Part shown: positions 1 to 9,622 of the stretch, piece by piece
Numbering within the stretch: the first letter of the stretch is position 1
How the letters are laid out: each line of letters begins with the position of its first letter
Assembly (NCBI GenBank): GCA_965222655.1
Contig: CBDCUP010000010.1
Span: 372,848 to 436,847, forward strand
Source of the DNA: Acidobacteriota bacterium
GTDB lineage: Bacteria; Acidobacteriota; UBA6911; RPQK01; JAJDTT01
Direction: 5' to 3'
Length of the DNA stretch: 64,000 bases
Position numbers and translations under genes: made by a program
Notes under the pieces: model-generated
Seen by the model: the letters and a program-made list of their open reading frames with translations, nothing else
Databases searched by the model: none
What the model was told of the DNA's origin: nothing

Positions 1-36
1 CGACGATATCGATCTGCGAGCTGATTTCCGAACGGG

Positions 37-1203
37 TCAGAATGATTGTTTTTCGAGCCACGGGATCATCCTTTCGAAGGCAGCTTCGATCTGCTCCATG
101 GAGGTCGCGAAGCTGATCCGAAGCGCATTGTTGCATGAATCTCCGAACGCTCCGCCTGGAATCGTACAGACTCCAATTTCTTGCAGCATACGCATCGCCA
201 GGTCGAACCCATCTACCTGAGGAGGCAGAGATGGCATGATGTAGAAGGCACCATCAGGCCGATATCCGGTCAGATGAGGGCACTCCTCAACCAGATCAAC
301 GACCCGATCGCGCCGTTTCCGATAGGCGTGGACCATGTCTGCAACGCAGCTCTGATCTCCTTCCAAGGCAGCGATTGAGGCCCACTGGGCGGGCGTGTTC
401 TCATTGGTGCTGATGAACATGTGATAGCGCTGAAGGGCGGCAATGTTGTCAGCGCTGGAAATAGCCCAACCCAACCGGCAGCCGGCCATGGCGTAGGTCT
501 TGGAAACGCTATTGGCTACAATGACGTTGTCGAGAGTGGGCGAGCAGGTCAAGGCGGTAGCGTACTCGCCTCCGTCTAGAATCAGGCGCTCATAGACTTC
601 GTCGCTAATCAAAGCCAGTCCATGCTCGGATGCCGCCCTGCAGATCCCTTCCACAATGGAGCGAGGATAAACAGTGCCAGTGGGATTTCCAGGCGAGCTG
701 AGCATGATCGCGCAGGTGTTCTCATTGATCGCCGACAGGACCTGCTGGAGATCCAGCTGATATCCGTTCTCGGCAGTGGTGACAACCGGTCGCGGGATCG
801 CTCCGGCCATCCTGATCACGTGCACCAGGACAAAGACCGGCTCTACCACGATCACCTCCATCCCCGGCTTCACCGCCGCCGTAAGGGCCATGAACATCGC
901 CTGACAGCAGCCGGTCGTAATCAGCACATTGTTGGCGTCGAGATCGATACCGTAGCGCCCATTGTAGGAGCTGGCGACGGCCTCTCGAAGTTGGGGCAGC
1001 CCGGCGTCGAGCTCGTAGCGGGTCTTGCCTTCGCGCAAGGCCTTTACATAGGCTTCGACGATGTGGGGAGGCGTGGGGAAGTCCGGTTGTCCGATCGAGA
1101 GATGGACAACATCCTCCATTGCAGATGCCGTATTGAACATCTTGCGAATAGGAGAAAACGGCAAAGCCGTCAACATCGGATTCCAGTCAATACCTGCTGT
1201 CAT
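37..1203 (-). CDS. PLP-dependent aminotransferase class I/II (aspartate aminotransferase-like)
   Basis: 388 aa; LSIGQPDF, SPGNPTG, SDEVY and SVSKTYAMAGCRLG (PLP lysine) motifs. Confidence 0.9.
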   Translation of the reverse strand: MTAGIDWNPMLTALPFSPIRKMFNTASAMEDVVHLSIGQPDFPTPPHIVEAYVKALREGKTRYELDAGLPQLREAVASSYNGRYGIDLDANNVLITTGCCQAMFMALTAAVKPGMEVIVVEPVFVLVHVIRMAGAIPRPVVTTAENGYQLDLQQVLSAINENTCAIMLSSPGNPTGTVYPRSIVEGICRAASEHGLALISDEVYERLILDGGEYATALTCSPTLDNVIVANSVSKTYAMAGCRLGWAISSADNIAALQRYHMFISTNENTPAQWASIAALEGDQSCVADMVHAYRKRRDRVVDLVEECPHLTGYRPDGAFYIMPSLPPQVDGFDLAMRMLQEIGVCTIPGGAFGDSCNNALRISFATSMEQIEAAFERMIPWLEKQSF

Positions 1204-1263
1204 GGAAATCTACCTTAGCCGAACGCGGTATCTTCCGCTACCCTCGGCTGCCCTCGTCCAGAA

Positions 1264-4200
1264 TCATGCTCGCTTTTGGAACCGCGTCGCTATGAACTCC
1301 CTTCCCTCCATTGCCAGGCTGAAGAGGGTTGGGACAAGCACCAGGGTAAAGACGGTGGACACCAGCAGCCCCCCCAGGACCACGCTGCCAAGACCGCGAT
1401 AGAGTTCGCTCCCAGCACCCGGGAAGAGCACCAATGGGGCGAGGCCAAAGACGGTCGTCGTGGTGGTCATGAAGATGGGACGAATCCGCGTGCTGATGGA
1501 CTCCAAAATCGACTCATTGGGCGCGAGTCCTTCGAATCGGATGTGGTTGAGCGATTGATGGACGATGAGGATGGCGTTGTTGACCACGGTGCCCACTAGA
1601 ATGACGAAACCCAACATCGTGAGCACGTCCAGCGCCTGAGGGGGCTGCCCTTGAAACCAGAGATACACACCCAGCAGCCTCAGGCCCAGAATCCCTCCTA
1701 CCGCCCCCAACGGCACACTCAGGATTATTACGAGCGGGTAGAGCCAAGATTCGAACAGTGCAGCCATCAGCAGGTAGGTGATCAACAAAGCAAAAAAGAG
1801 GTTCCAGCGCATCGCCTGCCAGGTGTCCTGTAACTTATCCGCGGTCCCACTCAAGCTGATCAAGATCTCTTGTCCGATAGACTCGCGCTCTCGCAGGGGA
1901 TCGAGGATTCCCTCATTGATGAGATCGATTGCTTCTTCGAGCGCCACTTCAGGAGGTGGAATCACTCGGATCGTGATGGCGCGCAGCCGTTCGCGGTGAT
2001 TGATCTGTTCGGGACCGTAGCTGATATCGATGTTAGCCAGCGAGTCCAGCCGAACGGGAGCACGAACCTCGGGAGTCGCCACATAGAGGCCCTTCAAGTC
2101 CTGGGTTCGACCTTCGTAGTTCGGATTGCCTATGAGGGTCAGGTCTACCCGGTGACCACCGACAAAATAGTCGGCCGCATAGGCTCCATCGACCAATGCG
2201 TCGACCGCATACCCCAGATCTCGGGCACTCACACCCATTTCCTTGGATTGAAGCAGCTTGGGCGTTACGTGCATCTCAGGAGAAGACAGGTCCAGGCTTG
2301 GAATGGGACGAGCCTGGCTGTCGGGAACTACCTGTCCAACCTGGGCCAGAATCTCCTTCCCAAGCTCCACCAGCGGTATCAGCTCTGGCCCGGAAATTTC
2401 GATATCGATATTCCGACCGACTGAGAGCCCGCGCTGGAAGAGACTACTCTGATTGGCCACGATGATGGTCCCTGGCAACTTGTCCTGCAGGCTGCGCACC
2501 AGCGGAATGAGCTCGCCAGCCCGGGTGGGGTCTGCCGATCTCAGGCCCAGGAAGGCCTGCCGGCGTCGGGCCACATAGAAAAAGTCGTGGATGGCAGGAT
2601 AGTCGAGCTGCTGAGCCTCTTCGGAGTCGGGATCGATGTCCCAGTACTTTTGGAGCGCGTCTTCGACGGTCTGTCCCATTTCCATGACGCGGTCCGGATG
2701 GTATCCCGGGGGCGGCATCAAGAGACCGATCACCAGGTTTCGATTGCCACTTGGCAGGTACTCGATCTTGGGCCAAAACAGAAGAGTCAACAGTGTTGCC
2801 AAGCCAACCAGGGCTCCGACAACCACAACGCGGCGCATCAGACCCCCCTGAATCCAGCGATTTACCTGGATGACCTGTCGCACAAACTCAGAAGCCCACC
2901 GGTCCAAACGTGCCAGGAATCTACCGATTCCACCCGAGGAAAGCCGCCCTGAGGGCACAGTTTTCGTGCCCTCTCCCCCTTTTCGGAATAGCCTGGAGGC
3001 CGAAGTAGGAATGACGGTCACCGAGATCAAGAGAGAGAGGCCTACGGCGGAACTGATCGCAAGGGCGATGTCACGAAAGAGCTGACCGGCTTCCTCCTGG
3101 ACGAACAGAATCGGCAGGAACACCGCCAGGGTGGTCAAAGTGGAGGCGACCACTGCCCCCCAAACTTCCTTGGTTGCCCTCTCGGCCGCCTCATACGGAC
3201 TATGTCCCATCTGGTAGTGGCGGTAGATGTTCTCGAGCACAACCACGGCATTGTCGACCAGCATCCCGACCGCGAATGCCAAACCAGCCAGGCTGATCAC
3301 ATTGAGAGATCTCCCCATCAGATGAAGCATCAAAAAGGATCCGATGATGCTGGTGGGAATAGCCAATCCGATCACCAGGGTCGACCGACCGCTGCGCAGG
3401 AACACCAGCAGGACCAGGAGCGTCAACAAGCCCCCGACGACAATGTTCTGGTTGACCAGTCTGATTGCGGAATAGATATAATCGGTCTCGTCGTAGACCT
3501 GAGTCAAGAGAAGACCTCGGTCTCGCAGAATGGTTTCGTTCAGCACCTGCATCTGGCGGCGCAGCCCCTTCATGACTTCCAGAACGTTGGCGCCGGTCTC
3601 TCGCTGTGCATTGATGGCCAGACTGGCAAAGCCGAATCGACGAACGAACCCATCCGGTTTCTTATGGCCCAGGTGGATCCCTCCCGTCACAACCACGTCG
3701 CGGAGATATACCGGTGAACCATCATGAATCGCCAAGACCTGTTCGGCGACTGCTTCGGGTGAACGAAACTGACCCAGGGTGCGGACAACGTAGCGACGCT
3801 TTCCCTCCCAGAAGTCTCCCCCGGAGGTGTCCTTGTTCTGCTCCAGCAGTACTTGTCGAACCGCCTGCATCGTCAGCTGGCGGGCAGCCAGCTTGTGGGG
3901 GTCCAGTACCACCTGGAACTCCAGTTCTCGCCCACCCAGGATGTTCGAATTGGATACGCCGGGAACCCGCTCCAGTCGTGCCTCAATGGCATCTTCGGCA
4001 AACTTTCTCAGCTTCGGGATGTCGATTTTTGAAGGCAGAAGGTCTTCGACCTCGGGAAAGCGGCCCGTCAATCTCCGTAGTCGAAGCTCCGCCAAGCCTG
4101 GATTGGGAGTATCGAGAACCGTATCCAGCTCTCTGGCCAGCTCGGATTCGGGATCGATGTGTCGGAGACTTTCCTGAAAAGCCTCGATCGTCTCGGCCGG

Positions 4201-4641
4201 TGGCATGCGAGCGCTGAGGATGAACCAGGCAATCGCACGATCTGACGCGCTCGAGGTACTGATCACGGGTTCGTCGGCATTCTCGGGGTACTCGGGCACT
4301 TGAGAAAGGCGGCTGTTCACTTTGAGCAGCGCCTCATCCATGTTGATCCCGACCAAGAATTCGAGATTGATGCGCGCCAATGAGTCCTGGCTCTCGGAAC
4401 TCATCTTGGTGACGCCTTCGACTCCTTGCAGCTGCTCTTCCTGTTCCTGGACGATCTCCAGCTCGACTTCCTGCGGGCTCGCTCCAGGCCAGCGAGTCTG
4501 GACCGTGATGGTGGGGATCTCGACTTCCGGCGTCAGCTGCATCGGCATCCGGACCAACGAGATCGACCCGAAGAGCGCCAGAAGGATCACCCCCACGGCA
4601 ATCTTGATCGGATTCTGGAGAAAGGCTTTGATGGGATGCAT
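1264..4641 (-). CDS. RND efflux transporter permease subunit (AcrB/AcrD/AcrF family)
   Basis: 1125 aa; WPGASPQEVE, GMLVDNAVVVLENI, GTVVNNAIL and RIRPIFMTT motifs; about 12 TM segments. Confidence 0.92.
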   Translation of the reverse strand: MHPIKAFLQNPIKIAVGVILLALFGSISLVRMPMQLTPEVEIPTITVQTRWPGASPQEVELEIVQEQEEQLQGVEGVTKMSSESQDSLARINLEFLVGINMDEALLKVNSRLSQVPEYPENADEPVISTSSASDRAIAWFILSARMPPAETIEAFQESLRHIDPESELARELDTVLDTPNPGLAELRLRRLTGRFPEVEDLLPSKIDIPKLRKFAEDAIEARLERVPGVSNSNILGGRELEFQVVLDPHKLAARQLTMQAVRQVLLEQNKDTSGGDFWEGKRRYVVRTLGQFRSPEAVAEQVLAIHDGSPVYLRDVVVTGGIHLGHKKPDGFVRRFGFASLAINAQRETGANVLEVMKGLRRQMQVLNETILRDRGLLLTQVYDETDYIYSAIRLVNQNIVVGGLLTLLVLLVFLRSGRSTLVIGLAIPTSIIGSFLMLHLMGRSLNVISLAGLAFAVGMLVDNAVVVLENIYRHYQMGHSPYEAAERATKEVWGAVVASTLTTLAVFLPILFVQEEAGQLFRDIALAISSAVGLSLLISVTVIPTSASRLFRKGGEGTKTVPSGRLSSGGIGRFLARLDRWASEFVRQVIQVNRWIQGGLMRRVVVVGALVGLATLLTLLFWPKIEYLPSGNRNLVIGLLMPPPGYHPDRVMEMGQTVEDALQKYWDIDPDSEEAQQLDYPAIHDFFYVARRRQAFLGLRSADPTRAGELIPLVRSLQDKLPGTIIVANQSSLFQRGLSVGRNIDIEISGPELIPLVELGKEILAQVGQVVPDSQARPIPSLDLSSPEMHVTPKLLQSKEMGVSARDLGYAVDALVDGAYAADYFVGGHRVDLTLIGNPNYEGRTQDLKGLYVATPEVRAPVRLDSLANIDISYGPEQINHRERLRAITIRVIPPPEVALEEAIDLINEGILDPLRERESIGQEILISLSGTADKLQDTWQAMRWNLFFALLITYLLMAALFESWLYPLVIILSVPLGAVGGILGLRLLGVYLWFQGQPPQALDVLTMLGFVILVGTVVNNAILIVHQSLNHIRFEGLAPNESILESISTRIRPIFMTTTTTVFGLAPLVLFPGAGSELYRGLGSVVLGGLLVSTVFTLVLVPTLFSLAMEGREFIATRFQKRA

Positions 4642-4708
4642 GGTTTAGTTGCTGAGCGGAGGTACGGGGGCTGCCCCTTGGAGAACAGGCCCTATAATTG
4701 GGTCCTTA

Positions 4709-4890
4709 GGGCTCTGTCAAAAATAACTTCGCATTCTGGCATCTCATCTTCACACCATCTTCGGCCGCTCCTCAATCGCGAAATCCCTCAACGTAGACCC
4801 GGCTACGCCTGCGGTTTCGCTCAATCGTTCGCGACCAAACCTGGCGCAAATCTGAGCGCCAACTCTGCGAAGTTATTCTTGACAGGGCCC
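4709..4890. mobile_element. ~182-bp MITE-like element between the RND genes
   Basis: Terminal inverted repeats gggctctgtcaaaaataacttcgca (4709-4733) and tgcgaagttattcttgacagggccc (4866-4890), 2 mismatches; flanked by tta / tca; no ORF inside. Confidence 0.72.
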
Positions 4891-4914
4891 TCAGCGCTTC
4901 TATTCGAAATCGCC

Positions 4915-6267
4915 TCAACCCTCCTCTGGCTCGACTCTCACGATCCTGACGACGGCGCCGGGGCGCAGTCGCTCATTGCCTTCGACCACAACCCGGTCGC
5001 CCTCCTGCAGCTTGCCGATCACCTGAATCAGCCCACCATCTGCCAGGCCGATCTCCACATCGACCGGGTGAGCTGTAATCTCCTTGTTCTCGGCGTCGTG
5101 CTTGAGAACAAAAACACGCGGCGTCCGCCCGCCTAGAACCAGGGCGTTCTTGGGCACAAGCAAGGAAGAGTGTGGCTTCCCCACCGCCAACAGCACCCGA
5201 GCCAGCATCCCGGCCTTTAGCAGATGGCCGTTGCCCTGACGTGGGTTGTCGACTCGGAGCTTGACCGGAAACGTTCGCGAGCGTAGGTCGGCCTGTGGAA
5301 CGATTCGGACTACCGTTCCCTGCAGCGGCTTCTCCAACTCCTCGAGAATCTTTCCATTCAGTGCTTCGAGTTGTATCGGCTGGATCGTTCCTACTTCGAC
5401 GTAGGAAATGTGGGCTTCCGGAATCGAGATCTCGATTTCTACCGGATCCAGCTCGACCACATCGACGACTGGATCTCCGCGGCGAATCCAAGCCCCTATC
5501 TCGGTGTGCTTCTTGACCACATAACCATCGAAAGGCGCCCGGATGGTGTGCTTTCCGAGAAGATCTTGAATGCGTCGAATCTCCTCCTCCTGGAAACGCA
5601 CCACGGCTCTGGCTTGCGCGATCCTTTCTGGTCGAGGTCCCTGAACGGACAGGTCGTAGGCAGCCTGGGCCCCCAGATGACTCTGTTCTGCGGCAAGCCA
5701 GGACGAGGTCGCTCCGTCCAACTCATCCTGGGATACGGTGCCACTCTCGAAGAGCGACTTCATGCGCTTGTATTGGGAACGAGAGTACTCCATCAGGGCC
5801 CGGGCATCGAGGACCCGAGCCTTGGCCTGAGCGATCTCCTGGGGTTGCGATCCATGCTCTAGTTCCGCCAGTCCCTGTTCTCGGACATCCAGCTGAGCCC
5901 GGGCAGCCGCCAGCTCGATCTCCAGGGTCTTGGAACGGAGACGTGCCACCGGATCACCCTTACGAACTTCTTCTCCGTCGTTGACCAGGACCTGATGCAC
6001 TCGCCCATCGGCACCACTGCCAACAACGGTTCGCCGCGCAGGCATCACGCTTCCTATGAACGTCTCGCCGGCAGTCAGCTCGCGCTGCACAACAGTCGAG
6101 ACCACGACGGGAACACCAGCATCCTGAGCCCATCCAGAGTTGGAAAGGGGCGAACCCAACAGGACTAGGAGAGCAACGTTTATGGTGGTCCGCAATTGCC
6201 GAAAGGAGAAAAGACGAGCTGAAATAACTTGATTGTTTCCTCGGAAAGTCTCCACTGCAGCCCTCAT
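4915..6267 (-). CDS. RND efflux periplasmic adaptor (membrane fusion protein)
   Basis: Lipoyl-like VKKGDPV-type motifs, long coiled coil, IRAPFDG, VEGNERLRPG; upstream of the RND permease. True start probably downstream of the ORF start. Confidence 0.88.
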   Translation of the reverse strand: MRAAVETFRGNNQVISARLFSFRQLRTTINVALLVLLGSPLSNSGWAQDAGVPVVVSTVVQRELTAGETFIGSVMPARRTVVGSGADGRVHQVLVNDGEEVRKGDPVARLRSKTLEIELAAARAQLDVREQGLAELEHGSQPQEIAQAKARVLDARALMEYSRSQYKRMKSLFESGTVSQDELDGATSSWLAAEQSHLGAQAAYDLSVQGPRPERIAQARAVVRFQEEEIRRIQDLLGKHTIRAPFDGYVVKKHTEIGAWIRRGDPVVDVVELDPVEIEISIPEAHISYVEVGTIQPIQLEALNGKILEELEKPLQGTVVRIVPQADLRSRTFPVKLRVDNPRQGNGHLLKAGMLARVLLAVGKPHSSLLVPKNALVLGGRTPRVFVLKHDAENKEITAHPVDVEIGLADGGLIQVIGKLQEGDRVVVEGNERLRPGAVVRIVRVEPEEG

Positions 6268-6371
6268 CTCGTGAGCATATTATCAGTTTGCGTGGAGTTT
6301 CGCGGTGCTACGTTCAGCCCGTCACCCAATTGTTGCAAATCCCCCTCGGGGGCGAGTCTGTAGCGAGCCCA

Positions 6372-7172
6372 CTAGTGTTCCAGGACGCTCTTCAGAAATT
6401 CCCTGGTGCGGGGATGGTGGGGACGCGAAAAAATCACTTCGGGCAGGCCGGCTTCTACGATCCGTCCCGCTTCCAGAAAGACCACACGATCTGCGATTTC
6501 CTGCGCAAAGCGCATATGATGGGTCACGATCAGCATCGTGATGTCGCTCTCTCGAGCCAATCTCCGCAACACATTCAGAACCTCGCCCACCAGCTCCGGA
6601 TCCAAGGCAGAGGTCACTTCGTCGAAAAGCATGATCCTGGGTCGCATCGCCAGCGCCCGAGCGATCGCCACACGCTGTTTCTGCCCTCCAGAAAGCTGTG
6701 CGGGATAGGCGTAGACCTTGTCGGTCAGGCCGATCAATTCCAGAAGTTCCAATGCGCGGCCACGAGCCTCCTCCTTGGATAATCCCAGAACCCTCACAGG
6801 CGCCTCGGTCAGATTTCGGAGGACGTTCATATGGGGAAACAAGTTGAACTGCTGAAAGATCATGCCCACCTTGCGCCGAATCTTTCGCAGATGTCGCTCA
6901 TCGGCCGAGACCTGTCGCCCCTTCCGGAGGGTGGCCCAGACGCTCTCCCCTTCGATCCGGATCTCTCCCGAATCGACCCTCTCCAGAGTCATCAAAAGGC
7001 GAAGAATTGTGGACTTCCCAGAACCGCTGGGGCCTATGAGAGCAACTTTTTCTGACGGCGCCGCGGCAAGATCGAGATCGTCCAATACCAGCAGATCACC
7101 ATAGGACTTGCGGACCCGCCGTATTTCTAGGATCGGGTCCACTTGAGGCTTCTGACTACTCGGATGGGACAA
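6372..7172 (-). CDS. ehuA: Ectoine/hydroxyectoine (polar amino acid) ABC transporter ATP-binding protein
   Basis: Walker A GPSGSGKS, LSGGQKQRVAIARALAMRP, FDEVTSALDPELVGEVL; operon context. Confidence 0.82.
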   Translation of the reverse strand: MSHPSSQKPQVDPILEIRRVRKSYGDLLVLDDLDLAAAPSEKVALIGPSGSGKSTILRLLMTLERVDSGEIRIEGESVWATLRKGRQVSADERHLRKIRRKVGMIFQQFNLFPHMNVLRNLTEAPVRVLGLSKEEARGRALELLELIGLTDKVYAYPAQLSGGQKQRVAIARALAMRPRIMLFDEVTSALDPELVGEVLNVLRRLARESDITMLIVTHHMRFAQEIADRVVFLEAGRIVEAGLPEVIFSRPHHPRTREFLKSVLEH

Positions 7173-7812
7173 ATCGTGCCTCCAGCTTCTCGACCAACCT
7201 GGTGGACAGCAGACTGGCTATCAAGAACAGGATACCCACTATCGTCAAAGGCTCCAGATAACGGAAGCTCTCTGCGCCGATCAGCTTCGCGGTTTGTAGC
7301 AGCTCGCCAACCGTAATCGCCGCCAACACCGGAGTCTCCTTGAACATCGCTACCAGATAGTTCCCCAACGCCGGGATCATGGGTGGAATGGCTTGCGGCA
7401 AGACGACGGACCTGTAGGTATCCAATACGCTCAGGTTCAGCGCCATGGCTGCCTCCCACTGACCTCGGGGTAGATTGTCGATGCCGGCACGGTATATCTC
7501 AGCGGTATAAGCGCTGTAGTGAAGCCCCAGAGCAATCACACCGGTGACCAGAGGCGACCAGGTAAGGCCAAAGGAAGGCAGCACATAGAATAGGAAATAG
7601 ACCTGGACCAACAACGGGGTGCTTCTAATGAACTCGACCGCCCAGGTTGCTGACCATGCAATCAGGCGACTATCGGAACGCCGCAGGAGAGCCCAGACGA
7701 GGCCCAGCAGCAGCGCCACTACCATCCCCAGGAGACTGGCCTGCACCGTCACCAGGAACGCAGAGAGCAAAGCTGGCAGAATCTCCCACGCCAGGTTCCA
7801 GTCGAAGCTCAC
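7156..7812 (-). CDS. ehuD: Ectoine/hydroxyectoine ABC transporter permease
   Basis: FIRSTPLLVQ, HYSAYTAEIYRAG, PQAIPPMIPALGNYLVAMFKETP. GTG start at 7812 (VSFDW) overlaps the ehuC stop. Confidence 0.8.
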   Translation of the reverse strand: MSFDWNLAWEILPALLSAFLVTVQASLLGMVVALLLGLVWALLRRSDSRLIAWSATWAVEFIRSTPLLVQVYFLFYVLPSFGLTWSPLVTGVIALGLHYSAYTAEIYRAGIDNLPRGQWEAAMALNLSVLDTYRSVVLPQAIPPMIPALGNYLVAMFKETPVLAAITVGELLQTAKLIGAESFRYLEPLTIVGILFLIASLLSTRLVEKLEARFVPSE

Positions 7813-8471
7813 TTTACCCCACCGTAGTCCTGACCGATCGCGAGCCTCCGCTCCAGGCTTCTCATCCCGAATGTAATGACCAGGGAAAGCAAAAAGTAGA
7901 GCAGCAAAATCAGACCGAAGATTTCTCCCGAGCGAAAAGTCGCAGTTCGCAGAGTCTGCCCTCGAAATGTCAGCTCGTTCAGAGTAATCAGCGAGACCAG
8001 GGCCGTGCCCTTGAGCAGCTCGATGAACAGGTTTCCAAACGGAGGAATCATTTTGAGCACGGCCTGTGGCAAAACGATGCGCCAAAGGGTTTGTCGTTCA
8101 CTCAGGTTCAGGGCGACGGCCGCCTCTGTCTGCTCCCTGGGTACCGACTTGATTGCTCCTCTAACGACCTCAGATCCATAGGCCCCTGCGTTCAGGCCGA
8201 GGACGAGGATGCCGGCCGCCATTGCATCGAGGCTGATTCCCACCAGGGGTAGAGCGAAGTAGACCCAGAAGAGCTGTACCAGGGCTGATGTTCCCCGAAA
8301 TATATCGACGTAGATTCTCGCCAGCGAGCGTCGGAATAGACTGCGAGACAGACGTCCCAAGCCTGCGATGAAAGCAGCCAGAAGCGCGACCGCCGCCGCT
8401 CCCAGAGTCAGCTGGACGGTGACTAGCACTCCCGACAAGAGAACTGGCAAGAGATCTAGAGGCATGAGCAC
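7809..8471 (-). CDS. ehuC: Ectoine/hydroxyectoine ABC transporter permease
   Basis: FRGTSALVQLFW, GAYGSEVVRGA, IPPFGNLFIELLKGTAL. Confidence 0.8.
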   Translation of the reverse strand: MLMPLDLLPVLLSGVLVTVQLTLGAAAVALLAAFIAGLGRLSRSLFRRSLARIYVDIFRGTSALVQLFWVYFALPLVGISLDAMAAGILVLGLNAGAYGSEVVRGAIKSVPREQTEAAVALNLSERQTLWRIVLPQAVLKMIPPFGNLFIELLKGTALVSLITLNELTFRGQTLRTATFRSGEIFGLILLLYFLLSLVITFGMRSLERRLAIGQDYGGVK

Positions 8472-8487
8472 TCCGGACTCCAGATAC

Positions 8488-9465
8488 TCAAGGCTGTGGA
8501 GGACGGCACAACTCTTCCCGGGTAACCCCAGTGGGAAGCTCCGTCGCGGTGAATCCGAAGGCCTCGATCATTTCGAGATGCTGATCTGTCCCAATGAAGC
8601 TCTTCAGATGGCGATCGAATTCCTCCAGGAACTGAGCGTCATCCTTGCGAAACCCGATTCCGCTGCAGAGACGAGTAGGCTCCCCGGGGACATTCGGACG
8701 GTTGAAGGGCTGGGCCCTTTCCAGGCTGGGATCGCCGGCCTTTCGAAGCATATCCTTGTGTGCAGGAACCGGGCCTGCCAAGGCGTCCACCCGATCGGCC
8801 TGGAGTCCCGCGATCGCGCTGGGGGCATCCGGAAAGATCAGGATTCGATCCTGGGGTAGGCCGACCGCACGGGCAAAGCGCAGCTCGACCCCACCTGAGA
8901 CTACCGCCAGTCGGGCCTCTGGGTTCCTGACGACATCCCTGTATCCATGCAGGTCGAGCGGGTTTCCAGCCTTGACAATGAATCCCTGGCCAATGCATGA
9001 AATGGGCTCGGAAAAATTGATCTCACGGCAGCGTGGTGGAATGATCCACATTCCCGCCGCAATGACGTCGAAGCGGCCGGCCTTCAGTCCAGGGATCAGG
9101 GAGGCAAACTCCGTGAGGACCCCCTCGAAGTCCGCTACTTCCATCTTCTTCAATATGTGCCGCGTCACTTCGACCGACTCTCCGACGAGCTTACCGCTCT
9201 CGTTGTCGTAGTAGGCAAAAGGGGCCTCGTTGGCATAACCGATCCGAACTACCCCGTCGCGACCGAAACCCTCTTGAGTGCCTCCGTCACGACCGCCGGA
9301 ACAGCCCGGCAGAATCAGGGCGGTAGCCAACAATGCCACCCGCCTCCACCTTCCGTTTCGAGAGGGTAATGACGTTTCTGAGGAGGACGACCCAGTCGAG
9401 ATTGAGGGCCTTCGGCGGGGAAAAGCTGCAGTCGAATTAGACTTCCGGCGACATCGTGGGAACAT
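8488..9465 (-). CDS. ehuB: Ectoine/hydroxyectoine ABC transporter substrate-binding protein
   Basis: IGYANEAPFAY, EFASLIPGLKAGRFDVIAAGM; lipobox-like LILPGC. Start uncertain (ATG at 9465 chosen). Confidence 0.75.
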   Translation of the reverse strand: MFPRCRRKSNSTAAFPRRRPSISTGSSSSETSLPSRNGRWRRVALLATALILPGCSGGRDGGTQEGFGRDGVVRIGYANEAPFAYYDNESGKLVGESVEVTRHILKKMEVADFEGVLTEFASLIPGLKAGRFDVIAAGMWIIPPRCREINFSEPISCIGQGFIVKAGNPLDLHGYRDVVRNPEARLAVVSGGVELRFARAVGLPQDRILIFPDAPSAIAGLQADRVDALAGPVPAHKDMLRKAGDPSLERAQPFNRPNVPGEPTRLCSGIGFRKDDAQFLEEFDRHLKSFIGTDQHLEMIEAFGFTATELPTGVTREELCRPPQP

Positions 9466-9622
9466 CGGGCGAGCAGTGTACACGGGGGTCAAGAGTGCAT
9501 GCAAGAAGCCCCTGTGCTCCCTCTCCCCAGCAGGAAGCACAGCCGTCTGCATGGGTAGTCTGATTGGCTCACCCTACAATTCCCCTTCCACAACGCGATC
9601 TTCGCGATCATACTCTGCTTTC

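Noticed and set aside
9278-9622. N-terminal extension of the symporter overlapping ehuB
   Set aside because: Family similarity starts at about 9623; the extension is antisense to ehuB and looks non-coding.
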